A DNA stretch of 64,000 bases from Lama guanicoe. Lineage: Eukaryota. Location: positions 2,994,399 through 3,058,398 of the forward strand of contig MU053934.1 in assembly GCA_013239625.1 (NCBI GenBank). The letters run 5' to 3'. The notes under the pieces were generated by a model. The model did no database searches, had not been told where the DNA came from, and worked only from the letters and a program-made list of their open reading frames with translations. Made by a program: the position numbers and the translations under genes. Below are positions 1-14,273 of this stretch, piece by piece (positions within the stretch are counted from its first letter, which is position 1; the number at the start of each line of letters is the position of its first letter).

Positions 1-102
1 GCTCTTCATCACTCCCATTGAGACAGTCAGGCTGCCGGTCACAGACCCTGGACAGTGAGATGCACGTGCTGTCCTCTTGGCACTGGAATGTGGCTCTGCA
101 AA
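1..102 (-). CDS. TMPRSS6: TMPRSS6 exon 13 (LDLRA2), truncated by window edge
   Basis: Acceptor cacag at 107-103; translates (V)[33 protein letters not shown], an LDLRA repeat matching matriptase-2. Confidence 0.96.
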
Positions 103-970
103 CTGTGTGAGGACACAGAGAGGGGGCAGGTGGGAGGAAGCCAGAGGAACCAGCTGGGACTTTGCGTGTAGACCATGTATTGCATTGCCCATCACGACCA
201 CGAATCTCTTTCCCAGCTACTTTACATCTGAGTTTCACAGCAACCCTGTGAGATATGCCATTCCATTGGTGGAAACAGAAATGAAGTGACTTGCCCAAGG
301 TTACCTGGCTGAACCAGAATTTGAAGCCAGATGTTCTGGTTTCAAATATGAGGCACCTTCCCCATCACGAAGGCAGGATCATCCCAGAGGCAGGCACATC
401 TGCCTTCCCTCCTGCTTTTCTCCTCACATAGTTAAAGCTTTGATGGGATGGAGGTGGTCTGGGGAGATCAGACCGGAACGGGCTGCCCTGATGGTGACTC
501 TGGGGACCAGAAGCCAGGATTCAAGGGAAGAGGTATTATTCTGAGGGAGTCCTGGCTTGGGGACCATCAGGACCCTGAGTCCCTTCTGCCAGGGCTGGGC
601 AGTGGTGAGAACAACCCCAGTAAGATTTGGCAGCTCCATTTGGAACCCGTGCAGTGGCAGGGTGAGGACCCCACTCAAGGCAGGGAGATAAAGGATGCTC
701 TCCGTGGCCACCCCAGGTCTACCCATCCCTGCTTAACAGCCTGGCCCTCCTCTCCCTCATCTGTTCTATTCCTTCTCGGATGGCTGGCCGGACAGAAGGC
801 TAAGGGTGATGGCCTGGTGGGGAGAAGCCCTGAGCTGGGAGTCAGGACACCTGGACAGTAGCTTGTCCCTGCTACTGCCCCTGGGGGTGGCCCTGGAGAG
901 GCCACCTTCCGACTCTGTACTTCCATCCTGCCATCTCAACACAGCAAGAAAGCCTTCCTGGATGCTGCTA

Positions 971-1195
<225 letters not shown>

Positions 1196-1435
1196 TTAGG
1201 ACACGTGTCACCACGAAGACACGTGCAGACACACCACACCTGTGTGCTCACGTGTGTACCCACGTATACACGCGCCTGTGTACACAGTCCACGTGACACA
1301 CATGTCCAGGCACCGCACAAAGCACACACGTGGGTATGTATGAGTGTGTATACCTTGTGGGCCCGTGACTGCCTTGCACACGTGGTCACTACCAAGCTGC
1401 ACTCATTTGTGCAAATGTTCATGCCTACACACTTG

Positions 1436-1460
1436 TACACACACACACACACACACACAC
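1436..1460. repeat. (CA)n microsatellite
   Basis: Run of about 12 CA units. Confidence 0.9.
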
Positions 1461-1556
1461 TCCTCTCATCCGGCCTCTTGGTGCTTCCAGGGATGGTGAA
1501 AAGGCTGCACGGGCTTCGGGGGTGCCCGCCCCTCCCCTCGGCCTGCCCACACTCAC

Positions 1557-1702
1557 GGTCCGACTGGTTGTACAAGCTGTAGTGCACCTGCACGCCAGGC
1601 CCGGTGAGGGAGATCTGGGAGGTGAAGTTGATGGTGATGCCGGCGGTGGCCACCACAGGGATCCTCTCGGCATAGGGCTGCAGGGTGCGCAGGCCACACA
1701 GC
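1557..1702 (-). CDS. TMPRSS6: TMPRSS6 exon 11 (CUB2 C-terminal part)
   Basis: ccag|G...GACC|gtgagt; 146 nt; [48 protein letters not shown]. Confidence 0.97.
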
Positions 1703-3397
1703 CTGGTGGGGGCCAGAGACAGACTCAGGGCCGCACGAGCTGGTCCAAGGGAAGGGACAGCCTGGGTCCCCGGGGACAGACACGGCAAGGACAGGGCAGC
1801 CAGAGAGGAAGGGAAGCAGCATCCTGACCTCCACCCTCACCTCTTCCGTCCTGACTTCCCCTTTGGGTGACTGCTCACCCCCACAGTCATCTAGAAAGCA
1901 GCCTGGCTATGTCACTCCCTGCTCAAAAGCCTTCAATTGCTCCCCACTGCCTGCAGGATAAAATTTAACGTCAGGATCCTAGTCCCAGTCACCTAGGAGC
2001 TGTGAGATTCTAACAAGTCAGAGTTCTTCTCTGAGCCTCACTTTCCTCCCTCATAAAATAAGGGAAATTATCATCTCTGTTGGCCTGACATCTGACAAAA
2101 GGCTTCAATGTGACAGTAGAGGCAAAAGCCCTTGGTTGGTCTACTCTCCACAGACAGGAAGGGACAGTCCCCTGTGCTGTGTGTGGGGTGACAAGGTGGC
2201 TTCGCTCTCCAACCAGGCCTGTCCCTCTCACTGAGAAGCCTCCACAGCCCTGTGACTCTCCGGGCATGAGGGAGGCACCAGCCTTGCTCCCAGGACCAAC
2301 AGTGCAGTGCAGTGCAGCATCTTCTCAGTGCGTGGCCACACTCGGGTGGGACCATCCCCAACTCACATCACACCACTCACACACATCCCTGCTGGACCCC
2401 CACTGATGATGCCCTCGTTCCCACAGAGCAGGTGGGAGACCTCCGCAGACAAGCGGAACCCTCCCCACCACCACCAGAGAGCGGATAGGAATCCTCCCTT
2501 CTCCAGGGTGGGGGGCATAGGGGGCTTATCCCCCATGGTATCTGGTCACACCTCACCTCACAGAGCAACTGGGAGTGCTTTCAGGAGCAGGCGCAGCCAC
2601 GCCTCCAGAGCTGTGGGACCCTCCCGAGAGAGCAGCCTGGGGTCCCTGCCATCCCATGCAGGACACCCTCACAGAACAGATGGGTGGGCCCCGCAGCTCA
2701 AAGAAATGCCCCCCATAGAGAAGGCAGTATCCTCACAGAGCGAACGGAAATGATTTTAGAGACGAGGGAAACACACCCAGAACATGGGCAGAAAGATCTA
2801 CATGGAGAGATGAAGATGCCCTCTGCAGAGATGGTAGGAGGAAGTCAAGAGAGCAGGTGGGAATGCCCCAAAGCATGATGGGAACATCCCACAGCAGCCC
2901 ACAGAGCAGGTCCCTAATTCTCAGGGGTCAGAGGCTTCCTCAGAACATCTAGAACATGGCAAGTATTTAACAGTTCAATTAATCAATTAGTGAGTCAATC
3001 AACAAACAACTGTGATAGAGCTTTGAGGCTGTTTTAACATCCCATGGTGTGGGGCTGGGGAGGGGCACAGGTGGACCTTCTCGTCTGGCCCCTCCCTCAT
3101 CACCAGCATCACAAGGCCTCACTGCATAGGGACTCACAGCAACTCCACCCTGTGAGGAGGAGCTGTTCTGGCACTTTTCAAATGAGGCTCAGAGGGGGGC
3201 CAGAATCCAGCCTCCTCAGGACCCAGGAGGCCCCACCCGGCCTGCCTGGTGGGAGACGGGCACCCTAACCCTCAATGCTGCATGAGTGCCAGAGGCTGAG
3301 CCCTCACGCCCCCCGTGGCCCACCTCAGATCTGGCCTAAGTTACAGCCTCCCATGCTGCCTGGCCCCAGTGACCACATTCTCACCCCTGTGCTAATA

Positions 3398-3918
3398 AAC
3401 ATTTCTCAAAGTGTGGTCCTGGAACCCCTGGGGGTCCAAAGCAAAAATAACTCTTACACTAATTCTCAGGTATCATTTGCCCTTTTTACTCCCCTTTTCC
3501 CACAAGAATAGAGTGGAATTTTCCATAGACTACGTGATGTGTGATATTACCGTATCACATCTGCATTACGCACCAAATGCAGAAGCAAGAATGGGAATTC
3601 AGTCGTGGTCTAGTTATTCAATTATTAAAGAAAGCAGCAAAAATGTAAAATGATTATTTTTTTCCTTCCCGAATGCTTTTAGTTTGGGGAAATACAATTA
3701 ATTTTTTAAATATATGTCCTTTATATTAAAATGTAATAGGTTTCTTGTTATTTTAAATGAATTGATAAATATTTTTAAATGTCCTCAGTTTTAATTTCTA
3801 ATACTGTAAATATAGATTATAAATATGGTTCTTATACTAGGTATAAACCTCTTTGGGGTGTTCGATACTTTTAAAGAGTGTACAGGGGTTCTGAGATGGA
3901 AAATTTTGAGAACCACTG
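3398..3918. mobile_element. hAT-Charlie-type non-autonomous DNA transposon
   Basis: Termini ttctcaaagtgtggtcc... and ...ttttgagaaccactg (inverted-repeat-like); AT-rich interior unlike GC-rich flanks. Confidence 0.7.
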
Positions 3919-5097
3919 CTCTGCACCTAGACTCAGTGCGGGGGAGACAGAGGGATGGGGTACCACCAGGGGGTGCCCCTGAGCAAACCTTGGCCCTTTT
4001 CCTTTTAAAACTAAGGAGCATGGCGAGGGTGGGGGGTTGCTGTTTGTTTTTAAAGAATATAAACAAATTTATCGTGGATGATTATCCCCAGAGAATTGCC
4101 TAGGGGTGTGGACAGGGGTCCTAGGCGCTGGGAAATACTGGGCAGGGGGAAATGAGGAGTCGGGAGCATCACTGAACTAACTGAAGCTTCAGGGGCCTGG
4201 GGCACTGTCCCTGCACAGTCACAAGGAGACTGCGGAGAGACAGGGGTGGAACCAGAGCTGGGTTGGAGGGGAGGGGAACATTTGTATTTATAAGAATTTG
4301 AGGGCTGCATGGTCATCCCCACCTTGACTAGATCTCTAAGTCCTGCCGGAGGACATTTTTCTACTGGCGTCCAAGAGAAAATTCTAGAATAAGCCTGTGG
4401 CCCAGCCTGGGCAGCATTTAGTTCTCACCCTGGTGACCTGGGGCAAAGGCAGGGGTGGCAGAATTCCTGCGGCAAAGCTCTTTCTTAACAGTGGCCATCA
4501 CATCAGGGGCTGTAATCTGGCAACACAGGCCGAGTCACTCAACCTAAAGATGGTCTGTCTGTTTAGTCTATGCAGTGTTAAAAGCTTTTTTCCAAATGTA
4601 GTTGCCAGCTAATTTCACATAATAATCTAGATTCTTGCTTCTGAAAAATAAGCCCCAGAAACACTGGCTGGAAGTAATCAGAGGCCACCCGAATCAGGCA
4701 GGGCACATGTGGCCCAGCTAACCAGGTCTCTCCCTGCCTCCCTCCCTCTCTCCCATGTAGCTGGCCTCGTGGAGCTACGCACAGCCTGGAAGCTTTGCAC
4801 CTCTTCGTTTCTGGTTCCTGTTGCAGTCTTCTGGGAGAGGGTATGCATCCCTCTGTCTCTCTAATTCCTCCCCCTCCATCAAATGCTGCCCCTTCCCCCA
4901 CAAACCTTCTCCAAGGAGCACCAGAAGTCTGAATGAAGACTGTGGACCCCACTTTTCATCTAAGCTATGAAGTGCTAGGACCTGCCTTGCTCTTTCATGT
5001 CTCTGTATTGGGGCAGTTTTCCTTCTTGCTTCACTCAGACAACAGATAAGCAGTGACCCAGTCAACTTTTTGCATATCAGCAACTCTATACAGGGAG

Positions 5098-5378
5098 GAG
5101 GATGGTGGATGGATGGGTGGATGGATGGATAGAAGGATGGAAGTAAGGGTGGGTTGGTGAATGGATTGATGGATGGATAGAAGGGTGGATGGGTGGTTTG
5201 GTGGATGAATTGATGGATGGATGGTTGATGGATGGGTGGAAGGAAGGAAGAGTGGGTTGGTGGGTGGATGGGTGGTCTGGTGGATGAATTGATGGATGGA
5301 TGGTGGATGGATGGATGGATGGACGGATGGAAGGGTGGATGGATGGATCGATGGATCGATGGCTAGATGGATGGATAG
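5098..5378. repeat. Degenerate (GGAT/TGGA)n simple repeat
   Basis: Many tggatggatgga units with variants; explains the spurious IHPS-rich ORFs. Confidence 0.92.
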
Positions 5379-8300
5379 ACACACACATGCATTCCCTTCC
5401 CTAAGGATAAGGTAAATGAGAAAGAGGGTCAGAGCAGCCAAGCCCTAACAAAGGGAGGACCGCAGTGTCTGACTTGGTGGCCAGAGCACTGGTCCTGAAG
5501 CTGCAGAGCTGAGGCTGAGGCTGGACTTTGCCACATGAACAGCTATGTGACCCTGGGCATCTGGCTCAACCTCAGCAAGCTTCCATTTTCATTCTGGAGG
5601 ATGGAGTGATAGCTCCCTTGTAGGATGCTTTAAGGCAGATGTGAGAAATGAGTTCTTTGAAAACCAGCTGCTGGCGTTGTCAGGCTGTGAGCTCATCAAA
5701 GGCAGCAGCTGGAGCTCTTCCTTCTCCATTGCCAGCACCTGGCAGTGCCCGGGGAGCCTCTGTAGCCGCCCAAGGGCTTAGGGGAGAAGAAGGGCCACCC
5801 CACAGCCAGGCCACACCTGACGGGCTCCAGCAGGCCTAAGGAGCCAGTGGCTCTGCCTGTCCCCACGAGCGAAATGGAAATGGTTGGGCAGATCACAAGA
5901 AAAGTAACATCACAGGGGAGGAAGCTGGCAAGAGGCAGTTTCCAGGAAAGGGGGAAGCCTGTGCCGCGCTGACGCCCAGCCAGAGCGGGTTCTGCGAAAC
6001 CAAGCAGCTGGTGGCCAGATCTCACGAGGTCAGGTCCCTCCCCCGCCTCCAGGCCACTCAAAGGGCATGAGGCCTGGGCCAGGGAGAAACTGGGTAGAAA
6101 ACAGGGAAGCTGCGGGGGAAGTAGAAGTGCTCAGAGGAATAAGGTGATGTGCCCAAGGATGCCCCGTCAAAGGAGAGAGCCCCAGCCAGCCCCCCTTCAT
6201 CACTGCGCGGGCACCTGCGGGGTAAGACACCCTCTCCCCCAGCCCACCCTCTCTTGCTCCTTATCAATGACCATTCTGGGCCCAAGGACTGTGCCTTCCC
6301 CTCCCTGCAAACCCTGTGCCTGGAAATCTACACCCTTCCCCGGACCTCTCATGTCTTTGCCACCCACACAAACAGATTTTCCAACAGATGCTCATTCAAA
6401 GAATTTCCCAGCAACTACATAGGATGATCATTATCAAAAAAAGATCATAACTAGAGGAAACGGCTTGTCCGGTGCTTACGGTCTGGAGGTGCACCTCTGC
6501 CTTCCCTTCCACACTCAGACACGGACAGGAGCCTGGGGGCAGGGGGGCATGAGTCTCCACCTGGGGACCCCAGACCCTTAACAAAGGTGTGAGAAGACTG
6601 ATATGGGACTTCCCAGGTTGCTCTCAGAACTGGTGAGAGCCACAGAAGCTGTCAGTATGCTGACCAGGATGCCAGTGGGTTGGTTGGGATGCCTTGGCCA
6701 AGAGAGAGAACAGCTGACACGGCTGCTCAGAGGCTCCGGGGGAAGAGTCCGCATGAGTGTGAGCACTTACGTGAGCACACAAACGTGCACGGACGTGCGC
6801 ACATAGGCCCGCGCACCCCCACACACGCTCTGGATCAGACTGCTTTACTCAACTCTGGCTTCTCTAGTTTCGAGCTGGGTGACTTTGTACAGATGCCTTA
6901 GCCTCTCTGTGCCTCAGTCCCTCATTGGTACATGAGGGCAGTACGGGGCCTGCTTCCTCACCAGGTCGCTGAGGATGAAAAAAATGGCACCTTAAGCCCC
7001 TGAGCTCCGTGCCTGCCTCGTGCAGCGTCCAGAGCCTGTTACGAATTGATGGTTGGTGCCTTGTGGAGCTTCGTTCTCCCCATGTGCAAGAGCCAGCGTC
7101 CTCCATCCGTGATCCCATTTACTCTTCCCTGGATGGGGGTCTGCTTCATGCCCACTTTTCAGATGAGTTGCCTGAGGCTGAGAGGGGAGAGTCCTTGCCC
7201 AGAAGGAAGGAGAGGAGCCAGGATTTGAACCCTGCTGCGTCTGGCTTTTAAGCTCTTTCCACCTCACTAGCCCATTTTGAATGACGTTTCATTAGGAACT
7301 AATGAAGACAACTTACTGGAGGGGAGGGTGTAGCTCAGATTCGGCTCTGGGGTTGAGACAGTGGCAGGAAAATATGTTAACTTCATTCAGAGACTTGTGA
7401 ATCATGGGCCACTCTAGGGTCACTCTGTGGGCTCCTGACACTGAGGGGCGAGCCCAGCCATCCTCAGGTGGGGCAGGCGGAGGGTCAGGGGGCCTGAGGG
7501 AGCTCCGTGAAGGATCAAGGCAGCCATGCCCAGAAATGCCACCCACGTGCTGGGACCCGTGGACAAGTTGCCTTCTGCTCTCCAACCTGCACGGGGCCAG
7601 AGTCACACCTCCTGATGTCACCCCCTAAACAGCACAGTCCTGAACTCACACCATCGGCATTTCTTCTTCTTCCTCTTAATCTCGGTCCCTGATAAATTGC
7701 AAAATCCCTGGAAAGGAGGGTGCCAAGTCAATGAGAGTCGTCAATCCCTGTCACCTCTTGTCTGGCTGATGCTTTTCAATAGGCTCACCCGATAAACAAA
7801 GCAACCAGCACTGGTGAACACTGACACCAGCCCCAGAATCCAAGAATTCCAGGGTCCTAGGAACTCCCAATTTTAATGTATTGGAATCTTGGAGACTCAA
7901 AATCTGTGAAACCAAGAAATCAAGAACCTTGCATATTAGAATCCCAGCCTCTGTTAGACCCCTTAGGACTCCAGGGTTGGAAGGGAGACCAAAGGCCCAA
8001 CCTGCTATTCGATGTGGAATCTTCTCTTCAACATCCTTGGACCCCAGGGGAGGGGACTTCTCCACTCTGCAAGATTACGTCCAGTTCCTGCCTCCCTCCC
8101 CAAGCCTCGGCCTCTTGCAAAAATGGAGCCATGGGAAGGGGACATGCTGCCCCAGCGTGCCTCCCTCCCGTCTCCTGCGCCCTACCCCACCCAACTTAGC
8201 ACCTGTCCCTGAACTGTCCTCTCTCCCTCTGAGATGCTCCCACACAGCATTTAGACACGGAGCCCCTCCCATTGTAAATATCCACCCCCCTTGAATACCC

Positions 8301-8988
8301 TAGGTCTCTCCCTCTCTCCCCAGACCAGGGAAAGTGCGTCTGCACTGTATCCGTTCCCCACCTCCCTGCCCACCCTACTCCTTTGGCACTGCCAGGACCA
8401 CCAGTGGTGCCCAGCTTGCCAGCCCCACTGGGCATTTCCCAGTCCTCATCCTACTCATCAAACTGCAGGCAGGCTGACCTGAGGATGGCTCCTCGGGTGA
8501 CCTGGCCTTGCTATGTCCTGCCCACCTCCCCAAGGGACTCAATTTTTCCTTAGAAACTTTGTCACCAGCGGGGCCGGACAGAAAGCAGTGAGGGCACTCC
8601 TCAGGGAATGCGGATGATACAGGGTGGCCCAGGGAAGCGGTCAGTTTAGCAAAAGTGGCATTGACCTTGTCTGTGCAGCTTTCCGGCAGGGGAGCCACTT
8701 GACCTTGGCCAACAGCAGGGAGTGGGATAAGGAAAGAGGGGCCTCCAAGTGCACTTGGATGGGTTTAGGGAAAGGCGCTGTGGCACCGCTGAGACCTGTG
8801 GTTCTGCATCCTCTCATTTAAGGATTCAAGGTGCCAGACAGTGGGGTGACAGCACCCAAGGAGATGAAACCATTTCACTCTAAGATCAACATCCAAGGTG
8901 GCTGATGACAAATGTGTGTCTGAGGCTTTTGGGTGGCAGGAGGGGGAGGCTGGGGCCCGGGTTGGGGGCCGGGACGGGGACGGTGTCA

Positions 8989-9246
<258 letters not shown>

Positions 9247-9536
9247 TCACCAGGTGGCCTGCAGGCTGTGGCTGGGCTGGTGGCCCCATCTCCCAGGACA
9301 ACAAAAGGAGCAGGAGGCCTGCCAACACAGTGCCAGCTAGGGCCAAGGTTTGTTAGTCACTCAACAAACAGGCATTGCCATGGCCAGTGAAGCCATCCTC
9401 CCTCCAAAGGGATTGGCACCCAGGGCTCAATGCTGAAGCCTAAAGATGCTTCAACAGAAACAGAACAGTGCTCCCCTCCCAGCCAGAGTCCCCGGAGTTC
9501 TCTAGGGTGCTCTGGGCGGAGGGTAGGTGCACTCAC

Positions 9537-9649
9537 CGTGAGGTGCCAGGAGCAGTGGGTGCTGGGTGAGTAGTAGCTGGGGAAGTATGGTGTGCTGAGG
9601 ACGCCCTGCGGCTCCAGCCGGCCCTCCAGGGTCAGGTTCACCTCACAGG
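9537..9649 (-). CDS. TMPRSS6: TMPRSS6 exon 9 (CUB2 start)
   Basis: ccag|CC...ACG|gtgagt; 113 nt; [38 protein letters not shown]. Confidence 0.97.
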
Positions 9650-10799
9650 CTGGGTCCAGGCAAAAGAAGTTACACGAGGTCTCCCAGCCCCGCTCCCTTA
9701 CACCTCTGCAGGTAAGGGGGCAGCTCAAACCCCACCACCCCTACTGCCACTAAACAGTAGAGCCTAATGGTTACATGTGAATGTGTGACCTTGGGCCTCA
9801 GTTTCCTCATCTGTGAAATGGGAACAATAGCAGTACATACACTATAGGACAGTTGAGCAGATTAAACAGATGTGGCATGTAGTAAGCACTCGATAAATGT
9901 TCGCTACTGACATCAGCTGTGCAGCACGTGACCATTTACTGAATGTGTTCACTGCTGTGCCAGCCTCACAGTTACAGGGGCTGGGAGGGAAAGTCGTTCC
10001 CCTTTCCAAATATGAGGCTCAGAGAAGAGGAGCGACTTGGCTGATGTCACACAGGAAGAGGGTGAGGGATGGGGAGCAGATACGTCCCCAGCTGCTCCTC
10101 CCCTTTTCATGGAGCCAGGGTCCTTAAAGGACCCCATTCCTCTCTCCCTAGAGCTGTGTCAGAGACACCCATGAGAATGGGCCAGCTCTGGTACCTCCTC
10201 AGTGCCAAGGGTCCCCGAGGGCAGCCAGCACCCCAGCAGGATCACCTGTCAACCCAACGGGGTGGACACCAAGAGAGGGAGGGGACAGTGGGTGGGAAGA
10301 GGCAGAGCGATGGCAGAGGCAGGGGGAGTCAGCAGCTTGTGTGAGGGGTTCCTGGTTGTAACCCTCCCTTCCATTGAGCCCAGGAAACTGCAAGTTTGGC
10401 TTGGCCTGCCCAATGGTGGCTGATCTAGGCCCAAGGACAGCCAGCAGGAGTGAAGGTGGGGGGCGTGCTCTTCCTGAGAAAGGGGGGGGGGAGCAGGAAG
10501 AAAGTAGGGAAGGCTCAGAGGGGAAGCCGGGGGACCCTTTCCTATGAAACGCTGTGAATCTCCCTCCCTACACCATCTCCAGGGACAACTTTGGTGTGAG
10601 AGGGTTGTCTGTGGGACCCCATCCTCCAGGCTCAGCCAGAGTGGGTGCAATGGGAAGAGGGGCAGGGGAGGGGGCCAGGACGTTGGAAGCAGAGCCAGGA
10701 TAGGGAGAGAATGAGAGAGGGAGGGAGGATAGACAATAAACTCAGGGAAGAGGGCGGGAGAGAATGAGGGAGAGATGAGGGGCGGAAGGGAAGAAGTTA

Positions 10800-11333
<534 letters not shown>

Positions 11334-13439
11334 TTAGGGGAGAGAGGTCAGGAGATTGCCCAGACTTCTAGGCTGACGCCAGTCCCACAACACCTGTCTA
11401 CCCACCTCAGAATCCCCATGACCCCTGAGTGCCCAGCCTGTGCCCCGCAGGGAGACCACACTGGCACTTGTTGGGGCCATGCCCTCTAGCTGGCCATACC
11501 TGACTGCTGGCCTTGTTCTAGGCTGGAACAGAGATAAGACAGGTGTGCGTGCTGGTGACCCCTTGGGCACCCTAGAATTCTATCCAGAGCTTGGCATGTG
11601 GGAGGCAAAGAAGAAATAATGGTATCTTAGAATTCCAGACTCTTAGCGATCTGGAATGTCAGCCCTGAAAAGGCTCTTCCAAGATTGTCAAGGTCAACTG
11701 CTTGGTTTCCACGTGGGGAAACTGAGGTTCATGAATGTGCTGGGTCCACAGCAGAGACAGACCTGCACTGGGCACTTCCTGTGACAACGCCTGGGGGCAC
11801 CTCCCCCCACACCCTGTACTGGGGCCTCTCCCTGGTCTGCCCATCTCAGTGGGGTGCTCCTGGCTTCCCCCTCACCCTTTGCCAACCTCTGCCAAACTTC
11901 CACTTGTCTCCAATAGAATTCTCTGGAGTCCTTGCTTAATCTGTAAACCAAGTCCCAGGAAGATAATGACCCTGCCTTTCCAAGAGAAGGTTTCACCAAC
12001 ATCTAGCGGCGAGGTACTGCCTGCGTGCTGTGTGCCAGCCCCGGCCCCGGACTTGACGGGTGGAAGCGGGCAGTGATGGGGGTCCTGCGGGTCCCAAGGC
12101 AAGTGTGAGGGATCCAAGCACAGCCTCAAAAATGCCCGCCACCCACAGCAGCCCCAGTAGCCCTGCAGCTGGTGAGGGAGTCGAGTGAGCAGTCCCAGGA
12201 CTTTCCCCAGGAGGAACTGGGGTCCTGGGAAGGGGCCTTCCCCTGGCCTTCGCCTGCCCAGGCACTGGTCCCCACTTCCTCGTCCTCAGGCCTTAACCAC
12301 CGCCCCCCACCCCCGCTTGTTCTCACTGTCGGTGGCCGCCACCCTCCTGCACTGTCTTCTCTGCCTCCGCTGATCCTCTCCTCCAGGAGGTGCAAGGTAA
12401 GGTATCAGGGTTAAGAGGGCCCTGAGGTTGCCTTTAATGGTCGCTTTTAATGTTGGGGATTCTTTTTTAAATAACTTAGCAGCTGAGCCTTTGTTGTTAC
12501 TAAAATGATGTGAATGTGAAAGTTGGTCAAGGCCCCATCAACTCCCCCCACAACACCGCCTCCTCTGTCTTCCCATCACCACTGAAGTCCCCTCTCACGG
12601 TCTGGGGGTGGGGCAAGCTTGTTTGACTCATCATTTTACACCTTCTCTGAGGGTCCAAGACAGAGTGAACCCCTAGAGTAGGGACAGAGCTGATCTGGCA
12701 GTCAGGTCCCCACCCCAACAGCAGGCTGACAGGGGTGCTCGGAGAAGACTCAGCGAAAGCCCTTAAGCATCCCCCACTCTCATCAGGCCTGGAAATCAGG
12801 TGATGTCTGGCTTCTCTGCACTTCCCAGAGCCCTCCAGGAACCCAGCCCACACACACCTCAGATTGAGGTCACCATGTGGCAGGGTGAGGTAGGGGTGCG
12901 GATGAGTGTACAGCCTCAGGGCCCAGAGAGTTGGAGAGGCCCTAGGGGAGGGGCCCGGGGAGGACTTTCGCCCAGCTCACTCTCCAGGACTGCCCTTAAG
13001 CTGAATATGCAGGTCCCATCCCCACCCTGCAGGGAAGCTGGGCCGGCCCAAGCAAGACAGAAGTCAGAAGACCCTGTGCCCAAGGGTCTCCCTCACTGCC
13101 TACAGAGCCTGGGAGGCCCACACCCCTTCCCCACCCTGTGGGGAGGTGAGGTGATCAGGCTCCTAGAGGCCAAGGCCATTTCCAGCCCCTTTATGGTCTC
13201 CGCACTGCCCACCGCCTGCCCACCTTTGGCATTCCACATCGTATCCTAAAACCCTACTCCTCTGCTCAAGAGCTTTCAGCTATTCTTCACTTACCTAGTA
13301 TCAAAGTTCAGATTGCTCTTGGCATTCAATGCTCTTTGTGACTCAGCCCCAACTAGATTCTATATATTGATAATAATAATGGATAGCAGTTACTGGATGT
13401 TTAATGGACACATTTAATGTATAGTAATAATGGACAGCA

Positions 13440-13610
13440 TTACTATGTGTGAGAAACTTGGCCCAGAGGGTCTGATTGAAACCCTCAGAATAACCCTGCA
13501 AGGTTGATATGGCTGTGAGCCCATTTTACAGGTGAGGAAACTGAGGCTCAGAGAGGCAAAGTAACTTGCCTTTCAGGGCACACAGCTAGGAAGCAGCAGA
13601 GCAGGGCTGG
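13440..13610. mobile_element. MIR SINE (one of many MIR remnants, e.g. about 9770, 26450, 39100, 48100, 54780, 57840, 59400)
   Basis: Core cccattttacaggtgaggaaactgaggctcagagagg...aacttgcc...cacacagctag. Confidence 0.8.
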
Positions 13611-13937
13611 AAGTCTGGGGCCGCAAGGCTTTGAAGCATTCTAACAAGATCATGTCACCTCCCAGAGCTGACCTTAGTGGTCATCTAGTACAATGGTTTT
13701 TGTTACAGATGGGGAAACTGAGGCTGGGGGAGGAGAAGGGGATTGCCCCCAGTACACAGCCATTTCCAGGCTCCTCTCCCTAGCTCCCTCTGGGCTAGAC
13801 TCACTGTCTCCCAGATACAAATACCCGGGGCCCAGGGTCAAATAACCCCCTCCTTGTCTCAGAACGCTGGGTGTGGCCTTTGACCCACCCCCATCCCCAC
13901 TTTCCAACCTTCCCCCCTCCTCCTTCCCAGGAACTCA

Positions 13938-14273
<336 letters not shown>

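Noticed and set aside
2960..3010. AT-rich cluster with forkhead/ONECUT/AP-1-like motifs
   Set aside because: Also explicable as an L2-type tail (tcaatcaacaaaca); motifs are short
5031..5441. ORFs with repeated IHPS peptides
   Set aside because: Translation artefacts of the (GGAT)n simple repeat
7288..7306. Perfect 8-bp inverted repeat TTCATTAG-gaa-CTAATGAA
   Set aside because: Short enough to occur by chance in 64 kb; no supporting context
7321..7338. ggggagggtgtagctcag resembling a tRNA/Vic-1 SINE head
   Set aside because: Only about 18 nt; no B box, body or tail follows
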